Assembly: GCA_976226885.1 (NCBI GenBank)
Contig: OZ320315.1
Coordinates: 40,858,001 to 40,922,000, forward strand
Direction: 5' to 3'
DNA length: 64,000 bases
DNA from: Iphione sp. A-MEVVRFRX5
Taxonomy: Eukaryota
Shown here: piece by piece, positions 55,380 through 62,740 of the stretch
How positions within the stretch are numbered: position 1 is the stretch's first letter
Layout of the letters: each line of letters begins with the position of its first letter
Program-made: the position numbers and the translations under genes
The notes under the pieces: generated by a model
What the model was told of the DNA's origin: nothing
Databases searched by the model: none
What the model saw: the letters and a program-made list of their open reading frames with translations, nothing else

Positions 55380-55592
55380 TGTTGGCCTCCACCATAATGA
55401 AGACGACATAAGTTGAGGAGAATGATGTTTATTGCTGAAGAGCTTCGACACAACTGACAGCGAATCCAAAATACAACGCATTTATATAGCAAATTGAAAC
55501 CCTCCGCAGTATAAATAATTCCCTCCACGGTGTACCCTCCGCACCCTCCGCACCCTCCGCTAAATGGTCCTCCGCTCCCCCCCGTCGCTACA
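55380..55592 (-). repeat. 3' LTR, 213 bp, TG...CA
   Basis: Minus strand begins TGTAGCGAC and ends GGCCAACA; first 125 bp on the plus strand match 63876-64000; TATATAAA at 55488-55481; AATAAA at 55433-55428. Confidence 0.93.
55501..55575 (-). promoter_or_regulatory. U3 cluster of five GCGGAGG motifs upstream of the LTR TATA box
   Basis: CCTCCGC at 55501, 55536, 55545, 55554 and 55569; the middle three have a 9-bp period. Confidence 0.75.
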
Positions 55593-55605
55593 CTATCCCC
55601 TCCTT
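55593..55605 (-). other. Polypurine tract
   Basis: AAGGAGGGGATAG directly abuts the TG of the 3' LTR. Confidence 0.9.
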
Positions 55606-55608
55606 AAT

Positions 55609-55920
55609 TTAATCCTGACCCAGGATACTATAACATTCATGAACCTCAAATTCAACATCAGCGGCGGTAAGAAACTGTAAACGAATATCAAATTCATCAA
55701 TCTGGAGGCCTAGGGGCACTGGCCGCACCCCTTTATACCAGTCCGAGAAGAGAAACTCGGTCTCTCCCTCCGGGAAGCCGTCCTCTTCCGTTCTTTGTAA
55801 GCAAACACGACTTTCAATTACTACGCACATTCTACCTCGCCTCCGCGCTACTCGGCTTTTACCCACCGATATTAGAATTGTCCACCCCCGGGGGGGCTGA
55901 GTTAATGAATTTACCGGCCT
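55609..55920 (-). CDS. 103-codon open frame, in frame with the zinc-finger ORF after one TGA; acidic/aromatic tail (or separate 73-aa ORF from ATG 55830)
   Basis: Frame is open from 55920 to TAA at 55611-55609, 3 nt before the PPT; ...EEDGFPEGETEFLFSDWYKGVRPVPLGLQIDEFDIRLQFLTAADVEFEVHECYSILGQD. Confidence 0.5.
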   Translation of the reverse strand, partial: RPVNSLTQPPRGWTILISVGKSRVARRRGRMCVVIESRVCLQRTEEDGFPEGETEFLFSDWYKGVRPVPLGLQIDEFDIRLQFLTAADVEFEVHECYSILGQD

Positions 55921-58780
55921 TCAGGAGGCCCAACGCAACCAGTCCGAGAGGGTAAGTGTCCGTGAGTGACTGCCGTGGTGGCCCCCGTCCGGGGCTGGCA
56001 ACCGCGGGAGCCCGGTCTCCCCAGCGGCGGAGCTGGAATCTTCCTCTGAGCCTGTCGACAAGGGTTGGCCCGTTCGGGGGAGAGCTGTACCGCCCCCCGC
56101 CCGATTGCTGGGGCCCGGTTCGGCGTGGGAGGAGGTCCCGTTACCACCCTTCCCGTGTTCGTCACCCTCCGCCGACTGGAGGGGCACCTTCCTTCTACCA
56201 TGGCTAGGGCCCTGTTCGATGTGGGAGGCGGGCCCGTCACCGACCCTCCCGTTTTCATCACCCTCCGCCGATTGGAGGGGCACCTTCCTTCTAGGCTGGT
56301 CAGGACCTGGCATGGCAGGAGGGGAGGTTTCAATCCCCCCCCCCCCTTGTTCGTCACCCTCCGCCGATTGGAGGGGCACCTTCCTTCCGTCGTGGGAGGT
56401 GGGCCCGTCACCAACCCTCCCATGTTCGTCACCCTCCCCCGATTGGAGGGGCACCTTCCTTCTAGGCTGGTCAGGATCTGGCATGGCGGGGGGGGGAAGC
56501 TTCAGTTCCTCCCCCCCCTTGTTCGTCACCCTCTGCCGATTGGAGGGGCACCTTCCTTCCGTCGTGGGAGGTGGGCCCGTCACCGACCCTCCCGTTTTCA
56601 TCACCCTCCGCCGATTGGAGGGGCACCTTCCTTCTAGGCTGGTCAGGATCTGGCATGGCGGGGGGGGAAGCTTCGGTTCCTCCCCCCCCTTGTTCGTCAC
56701 CCTCCGCCGATTGGAGGGGCACCTTCCTTCCGTCGTGGGAGGTGGGCCCGTCACTGACCCTCCCGTTTTCATCACCCTCCGCCGATTGGAGGGACACCTT
56801 CCGTTCCGTTGGGCTGGGGGCTGAGGTGGTTTGCCCCCCGGCCTTGCGGGGGGAGGGCTCGGCCTTCCCGCTTCTGGACCCGTCACCTCCTTCCGACGAC
56901 AGAGGCGCGCCAGGCTTACTCATGGGGTGTTGACGCCTCGCTTCCCAATCCAAGACCTGGCGCGCGATGCGCCTCGACTTCTCCGCCTCCTCATGACCAA
57001 CGGGAAGGAGGGGTTCGTCCACAGGGTCGGCCTCCGCTTTTGCGCCTTCAGTGTAGCACAGTTCTTGGGACGGTTTCTCCGGGGTGGGCCCGTCCTCGCT
57101 GGACGGAATGGGGTGGCCAACGAGGGAGCCAAAGGAAGACTCGCCCCCCTCCGCAGCCCCCATCGGTTCAGCGCCCTCGGTGTTTCCTCCCGGCTTCTCT
57201 GGAATCGTGGCGGGTGGGGCCACCGATGGAGGGTTCGCTGCGGCCAAGAGGGTGTCCATGTCTACTGCCCCGAATAAGTCCTCCAGAACTTGGGCGGCTT
57301 GGTCGACCTCAGCCTGTGGCGCCTTCGGCGCCTCGCGTGCGGAGGAGACCAGGGTCTGAATCGCAATGCTCAGTTCATCTGGGGTCGGAGGCATCGTAGG
57401 AGTGTGGAGTAGGGGTGACGGTACCGACCTCGAATGAGTGGGAGTCTTGAGGAGCGGGGACATGGCCTTATCCGGGAGACCCCCACTCTTGTCTGCGACG
57501 AGCCCGGCTCGGGCAACCATCGGCCGACCAGAGGGGGCTTCTGCTCGCTGCCCCCCCTTCAGTAACTCCGGCGTGCGGAGGGCTGGCTTGGCGGGGGTCA
57601 GCCCCAGGCCCTTCCCCGGGGTGACTGGGCTGGACTCCGACCGACTGGGCCGGAGATCTGCAGTTCGTATGGCGGCCTCTAGGTCTCCCGCGGCGGACAG
57701 CAGCTTCTCCAGGGCGGTAGGCGTCACAGGAGGGTCAGCGGTTTCGGCGGCATCGAGGCGGTTGATGGCCTCTTGGAGTCTGGCCTTCATCCCCTGGGGC
57801 GAGGTGGGGGGGGCGGATGGCTCACCCTCCCCCTCCTCGTGGACGAGCTGGCGGACGCGAGGGTGCGTGGGGGGGTCGACTGCTGCCTCCGCCTCCCCAA
57901 GCTTCCTCTTCTTTGTTGAGGAGCTAGTCGCCGATGCCTTGGTGGTAGCGCCCCCCTCCGCGCTTACCCCCTCCGTCTTCTTGGTGGGTGTCAAGCTTTT
58001 AATCGTCACCTCCCCCGCTGGAGCGGCCTTGACGGGGGTAGACCTTGTCACCCTCTTCTCAGGTTCGTCCCCCTTTTCCCGTCGGGTGGTCTTCTTGTGC
58101 ACCCGGACCCAAGCTGCCGAGGGAGACCGGGAAGCGGGAGCACTCTCCTCCGACGAAGTCAGGATCGCCGGTCTCCGCCTCGGGCTCTCTCGTCGCCCTG
58201 TCGAAGTGGACGCCTGCGGTGAAGTCGGTGGCCGGCATGGAGGTCCCAGTGACGGGGTGGGCAGCGGTGGTGCGGAGGGCTCACTGTCCGACGAGGAGGG
58301 AAGTCTGGCTTTCTTCCTCTTGGGTGGAGTGGGGGTACTGTCCCGGCGGCGTGACTTCCGTTGCTCGTGTGACCCCTCACCCCGCTCTCGGCTTCTCTTC
58401 TTGTCCTTGTGTCGGCCACCACAATGAGATCTGGCTGAATCGGAGGTCCCACTCCCCGCTTCCCCCTCGGCCTCCTCAGGGCGGCGGAGCCGCCCCCGCA
58501 AGGTGGTGGACCCCGGCTTCTTGTAAAACTCGTAATATTCTTCCTTCATTTTTGGCAGCAGTTTCTGTGCCCCTCCCTCAGCCAGGTGGGTCTTCGAGTC
58601 CAGGTGCCGCCTCAGATCGTCCTTGCGCATAAAGATCTTCCCATCGCACTTCTCCCCTCCGCATCCCCACGCGAAGCCCTCAGAGCTGTGGGTCTGTACA
58701 TGCCGCTTAAGGTTGTCCTTGCGGTCGCAGACCTTCTTGCAGAGTGGGCAGGGATACTCGTCTTTCTGGCTCTTCGTCAT
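55921..58780 (-). CDS. Putative separately expressed two-finger C2H2 protein (769 aa as assembled to 56471; about 952 aa if the G9 tract at 56488-56496 is G8)
   Basis: gacaccATG at 58780; finger 1 CPLC-x12-HVQTH; finger 2 CGGEKC-x13-HLDSKTH (58756-58586); NLS-like KKRSRER, PKRKKAR and KKRK; long S/P/T/E-rich region; repeats. Confidence 0.65.
56155..56805. repeat. Tandem array of 8 units (75/96-bp spacing) encoding RKVPLQSAEGD repeats
   Basis: Core tcaccctccgccgattggaggggcaccttcc; motif positions 56166, 56262, 56358, 56433, 56530, 56605, 56701, 56776. Spacings are multiples of 3 except one of 97. Confidence 0.95.
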
Positions 58781-61700
58781 GGTGTCGAATGATGAGCATC
58801 CCCTGGGGCGAGCGTCACTTATATTCGAATCTGGCGCCGCAGCTTCCTCCGCTCGATTTTCATTGGCTAGTAGCTTCCCTCCGCATCGCGGCCCCCTCCG
58901 CATTCGTCTTCCGCCCTTCTGATTGGCCCCTTCATTTTGAACTCCAACGGCCCTAGGTTCGCGGAGGTCCTCCGCCCTTTCCTCAGTCCTCCCTCCGCTT
59001 TTTTCGATGCGGAGGGTGGCCACGACCGCGCTATCTTCCCTCGGGGCCCCTGGCTTCAGGAGGTCGGCGTGTACTACTCTTTCTCGCCGCCCCTTCTTGA
59101 TGCGATAGACGGCGGCCGAGAGCTGCTTGCTGATCCGCCATTTGCCTTGCCAGTATCGCTGTAACTTAGGAGATAGCCCTGGCTTTTTCAACGGCAGGAA
59201 CAGGTACACCTCCTCCCCTACCTCGAAGTTCCGGGGCCGCACTCGGTGGTTGTACCAGTCGGTCTGGCGCTGGATTCCCTCCCCTAACCGCTGGTTGGCC
59301 AGCTGATGGGCTTGTTTCATCCGTTCCATCTGCTCCTGGACGAACGGTCCAACCTCCGCTCCTCCCTCCTGTGGGGGGCCTCCGTAAGCTGCCTCAACGG
59401 GGAGTGTAGTCTCCCGATTCAGGATGAGGAAATTTGGGGAGAAGCGAGTGGTGCGGTGGGGGGTCACCCGGTACGCAGCCGTTACAAACGGTAGCCGAAG
59501 GTCCCAATCGCGTTGGTCTTCCTGGACCGTCGTTGCGAGCATATGCTCTAGCGTTCGGTGGAACCTCTCCACCACTCCATCGGCTTGGGGATGGTAGGGG
59601 GTGGTCCTGGTGTTCTGAATTCCGCAGCCCTTGAGCAGTTGGGCCACTAGTTCTGCCTCGAAGTTCCGGCCTTGATCGCTGTGGATTACTCGGGGGGGCC
59701 CGAACCGACAGATCACCTCCCTCATCATCACCTCCGCAGTAGCTTCCGCGGTTTGTTCCTTGAGTGGGAAGGCTTCTGCCCATTTGCTAAAATGATCCCC
59801 TACCACCAGGATGTACTTGTTGCCCCGGGGCGTCCTCGGAAATGGCCCGGCGATGTCCACGGCTACCAACTCCCAAGGTCCCGGACTCTGGCGGTGCTGC
59901 AGTAGAGTTCGTTTCCTCCGACTGGGCCTCTTCGCCTCCAGACAACGCGGGCAGGCCGATCCCCATACAATCAAATCCCGAGTCATTCCCGGCCAGAAAT
60001 ACCTCCCCCGGAGGAGGCCAGCCATTTTCTGAGGGCCGAGATGGCCGCCCATGACTCCCTGGTGAATCATCGTCCAACACTCTTTTTGTAGGGGAGGGGG
60101 GACCCAGGCTTGCCACCAGGCCCTTCCGTCTTCATGTTCCCACCTCCGCACGATCAGCCCTCCGCGGGCCTGTAGTCGTTTCCACTCCCCTACCAGCCGC
60201 CGCTCTTCCCAGCTGGTCTCTGTCTTAACCTCGGGGGGGCCTTCCCCCCGCTCCAGCCGTCCTAGCAACTCGCCCCCAATCGGGTCCGCTAAGGTGTCTC
60301 TAGCCATGGTGGAAGATGAAGGAGCCTCCGCCCTCACTTCCGTAGTCAGAATAGCGGTCGTCTCCTCGGGCTCTCGTCGGCCGCACTGTTTACATGGCCG
60401 TCTGGACAACCCGTCGGCGTTGTTGTGTACCCTCCCCGGCCGATGTATGACTTCCACCTCTCGACAGGCCAGTTCTTCTAGCCAGCGTGCCATTTGGCCC
60501 TCCGGCTCTTTGAAGTTCATGAGCCACCGGAGGCTCCCATGGTCGGTACGCACCACTACCTTCCTTCCGCTAACGTAGGTCTTGAATTTCCGGAGGGCGA
60601 AGATTACAGCTAGCAGCTCCTTCCGAGTTACGCAATAGCGTTGCTCGGGCTTAGTGAGGGCCCGACTAGCGTACATCAGCACTCTCTCCCGGCCGTCCTG
60701 CTCCTGGGAGAGGACTGCACCTACTCCCTCGCCGGAAGCGTCAGTGTCTACAATTAGGCGCCCCTCCGGTTGGGGGTATCCCAGGATAGGTGCGGAAGTT
60801 AGGCAGGGCTTGAGATCTTCAAAGGCGGCTTCCTCTTCACTTCCCCACCGGAACTCTGCTTCTTTGTCCAACAGTCGATGGAGGGGGGCGGCTCGCCGCG
60901 CAAAGTCTCGGATAAACGAGCGGAAATAAGAGGCTAAACCCAGGAAGGCACGGAGACCGGCCAAGGTCCCCGGCACTGGCCACTCTGCTACGGCTTGAAC
61001 CTTCTCCGGGTCTGGGCGGACCCCCCCCGCACTAACGATATGGCCGAGGTACTGTACCTGTTCTCGGAGGAGCTGGCATTTGCTAGGTTTCACCTTGAGA
61101 CCGGCGGCCTCCAGCCGTTGGAGCACCTCCGCCAAGCGGTCGCACATCTCCCCCACCGTCTTGGCCATGATGATGACATTGTCCAAGTACACAAGGCAGG
61201 AGTCCCCGATCAGACCGCGGAGGACGACATCCATCAATCGTTCAAAGGTGGAGGGGGCGTTGCAGAGACCGAAGGGCATGACCCGGAACTGGTAGAGTCC
61301 GGACGGGGTGCAGACGGCTGTCTTCGGGCGGTCCTCTGGCCGGACCGCTACTTGCCAATACCCAGACGCCAGGTCAATCACCGTGAAGTACTTGGCTCCG
61401 GCCAGCGCATCCAGGGTGTCATCCACGCGTGGTAGGGGGTAAGCATCCTTGCGCGTTCGCTCATTGAGCTGTCGGAAGTCTATACAAAACCGCCATTCCC
61501 CACTCCGCTTCTTGACCAGTACCACCGGTGAGGCCCACGGGCTGCTGGAGGGTTCCAACACCCCTTGTCGTACCATTTTTTGGATCTCCGCCTCCCCGAT
61601 GCGCATTTTATGGGGTGGAAGACGTCGGAATCTCTGTCGCACTGGGGCTGCCTCTCCTATATGAATCTCGTGTTCCACGAGAGTGGTGCGCCCTAGATCA

Positions 61701-62740
61701 GTACCCTCCCTCTGGAAGGCGCGGCGGTGAGTCCAAAGCACCTGCCTCAGCTGCTCCCGCTCTTCCACCGTGCTTCCCGAGGGCAGCTCGGACATCAGCT
61801 CCTCGATTAGCCGTGCGTAGAGGGGCTCCTCTGCCTCACCCTCCTCCTTAGCTGGTACCTCTTCCACCGCCTTAAGTTCGCCTGGATCGTCTTGCCTCCG
61901 CAGTTCCTCCTCGACCTCCTCCGCCTCCGCCACCTGCGTCCCCCTCCGCAGCCAGACCTCCCCCTCCGCCACATTCAGACAGAGGAGTTGGGCCCGTCCA
62001 TTGTCCACGTTAGCCACTGCATGTGGCACTCGCACCCCTGCCCGCTGTTCCAGCGCGGGAACCGGTCCTACGACCCATTCGCCCCCTTGGGCCTGACCGA
62101 TGGTCACCGAGATAAGGGTCTCGGCCCGGGCTTTCAGGCAGGTGTCCTGGGCTAGCTGTACTCGTTCCGGTCGCGCTCTGTTCTTCCGGATGGTGATTGT
62201 CCCGGCGGCTGTGTCCACTACAGCCCTCCTCCGGCGGAGGGCGTCCATCCCCAGGATGGCAGCTTGCTCCACCTCTGCAACCAGGGCCTCCATCGTCCAG
62301 GGTGTCTCCCCGAAGACCACCGTCACTTCGGTCCTCCCCACACAGGGGAAGGGCGCCCCGTTGGCGGCAATGATGCGTCGCCCTGGTAGGACCGTGACAG
62401 GCAGCCGGAGGGCCTCCGCCGTTCGCACCGCGATGATGGTGGTTGAGGCTCCTGTGTCCACCAGCCACGTCATTTCTTGGCCTCCGTCTTTTCCTCGTAG
62501 CCCTAGCGCCCCGGTAAAGGGGTCCGCACGCCCCTTCAGGACGGTGAGGGCTTCGTCTTCCTCCTTCGGCGGCATGGCCGCCCTCTTCTGGAGCCAGTCA
62601 TTGAGCTGCTCCTTGGGGATGGACTCCTCCGCCGCCTCTGCCTGTCCCCTTACAGGGAGGGCGGCACGTCGTTTTCCGCCAGCTTCGGCCGTGAAGGGCA
62701 ATCCCGCTTGAAATGCCCCTCCTTCCCACAGCGGAAGCAC
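56471..62740 (-). CDS. pol: Pol polyprotein (PR, RT, RNase H, integrase) fused in frame to a C2H2 zinc-finger/disordered extension
   Basis: LVDTGAS (PR); VIDLASGYWQV, MPFGLCNAP, YLDN (RT); TDAS...ELLA...TDH (RH); H-x6-H...C-x2-C, VDIAGP, SDQG-x35-E (IN). No stop after IN. Probably expressed by -1 frameshift from gag. Confidence 0.95.
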   Translation of the reverse strand: MLPLWEGGAFQAGLPFTAEAGGKRRAALPVRGQAEAAEESIPKEQLNDWLQKRAAMPPKEEDEALTVLKGRADPFTGALGLRGKDGGQEMTWLVDTGASTTIIAVRTAEALRLPVTVLPGRRIIAANGAPFPCVGRTEVTVVFGETPWTMEALVAEVEQAAILGMDALRRRRAVVDTAAGTITIRKNRARPERVQLAQDTCLKARAETLISVTIGQAQGGEWVVGPVPALEQRAGVRVPHAVANVDNGRAQLLCLNVAEGEVWLRRGTQVAEAEEVEEELRRQDDPGELKAVEEVPAKEEGEAEEPLYARLIEELMSELPSGSTVEEREQLRQVLWTHRRAFQREGTDLGRTTLVEHEIHIGEAAPVRQRFRRLPPHKMRIGEAEIQKMVRQGVLEPSSSPWASPVVLVKKRSGEWRFCIDFRQLNERTRKDAYPLPRVDDTLDALAGAKYFTVIDLASGYWQVAVRPEDRPKTAVCTPSGLYQFRVMPFGLCNAPSTFERLMDVVLRGLIGDSCLVYLDNVIIMAKTVGEMCDRLAEVLQRLEAAGLKVKPSKCQLLREQVQYLGHIVSAGGVRPDPEKVQAVAEWPVPGTLAGLRAFLGLASYFRSFIRDFARRAAPLHRLLDKEAEFRWGSEEEAAFEDLKPCLTSAPILGYPQPEGRLIVDTDASGEGVGAVLSQEQDGRERVLMYASRALTKPEQRYCVTRKELLAVIFALRKFKTYVSGRKVVVRTDHGSLRWLMNFKEPEGQMARWLEELACREVEVIHRPGRVHNNADGLSRRPCKQCGRREPEETTAILTTEVRAEAPSSSTMARDTLADPIGGELLGRLERGEGPPEVKTETSWEERRLVGEWKRLQARGGLIVRRWEHEDGRAWWQAWVPPPLQKECWTMIHQGVMGGHLGPQKMAGLLRGRYFWPGMTRDLIVWGSACPRCLEAKRPSRRKRTLLQHRQSPGPWELVAVDIAGPFPRTPRGNKYILVVGDHFSKWAEAFPLKEQTAEATAEVMMREVICRFGPPRVIHSDQGRNFEAELVAQLLKGCGIQNTRTTPYHPQADGVVERFHRTLEHMLATTVQEDQRDWDLRLPFVTAAYRVTPHRTTRFSPNFLILNRETTLPVEAAYGGPPQEGGAEVGPFVQEQMERMKQAHQLANQRLGEGIQRQTDWYNHRVRPRNFEVGEEVYLFLPLKKPGLSPKLQRYWQGKWRISKQLSAAVYRIKKGRRERVVHADLLKPGAPREDSAVVATLRIEKSGGRTEERAEDLREPRAVGVQNEGANQKGGRRMRRGPRCGGKLLANENRAEEAAAPDSNISDARPRGCSSFDTMTKSQKDEYPCPLCKKVCDRKDNLKRHVQTHSSEGFAWGCGGEKCDGKIFMRKDDLRRHLDSKTHLAEGGAQKLLPKMKEEYYEFYKKPGSTTLRGRLRRPEEAEGEAGSGTSDSARSHCGGRHKDKKRSRERGEGSHEQRKSRRRDSTPTPPKRKKARLPSSSDSEPSAPPLPTPSLGPPCRPPTSPQASTSTGRRESPRRRPAILTSSEESAPASRSPSAAWVRVHKKTTRREKGDEPEKRVTRSTPVKAAPAGEVTIKSLTPTKKTEGVSAEGGATTKASATSSSTKKRKLGEAEAAVDPPTHPRVRQLVHEEGEGEPSAPPTSPQGMKARLQEAINRLDAAETADPPVTPTALEKLLSAAGDLEAAIRTADLRPSRSESSPVTPGKGLGLTPAKPALRTPELLKGGQRAEAPSGRPMVARAGLVADKSGGLPDKAMSPLLKTPTHSRSVPSPLLHTPTMPPTPDELSIAIQTLVSSAREAPKAPQAEVDQAAQVLEDLFGAVDMDTLLAAANPPSVAPPATIPEKPGGNTEGAEPMGAAEGGESSFGSLVGHPIPSSEDGPTPEKPSQELCYTEGAKAEADPVDEPLLPVGHEEAEKSRRIARQVLDWEARRQHPMSKPGAPLSSEGGDGSRSGKAEPSPRKAGGQTTSAPSPTERKVSLQSAEGDENGRVSDGPTSHDGRKVPLQSAEGDEQGGGGTEASPPAMPDPDQPRRKVPLQSAEGDENGRVGDGPTSHDGRKVPLQSAEGDEQGGGGTEASPPRHARS
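58785..59015 (-). promoter_or_regulatory. Internal Pol II promoter embedded in the integrase/zinc-finger linker
   Basis: GGGCGG (58977-58972, 58916-58911), GGCCAATCA (CCAAT at 58926-58922), AGCCAATGA (58866-58862), TATAAG (from 58823), Inr TCATTC (A at 58790), ATG at 58780; seven GCGGAGG motifs. Confidence 0.65.
62631..62677 (-). other. Putative -1 programmed ribosomal frameshift signal
   Basis: G GAA AAC (62677-62671), 5-nt spacer, then hairpin GCCGCC-C-UC-CCUGU/AAGGGG/ACAGG-CA-GA-GGCGGC (62665-62631); pol is in the -1 frame relative to gag. Confidence 0.7.

Noticed and set aside
55435-55466. CTGAAGA-GCT..AGC-GAAT in the LTR, hammerhead-like
   Set aside because: GAAT instead of GAAA, no NUH cleavage site or stem I, and antisense to the element.
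56155-56805. Repeat-spacer look of the tandem array (CRISPR-like)
   Set aside because: Spacers are themselves repeated, spacing keeps the reading frame, the context is a eukaryotic retrotransposon and there are no cas genes.
57438-62711. Many plus-strand ORFs antisense to pol (e.g. 57438-58427, 62100-62711)
   Set aside because: Expected shadows of a GC-rich sense ORF; no independent motifs.
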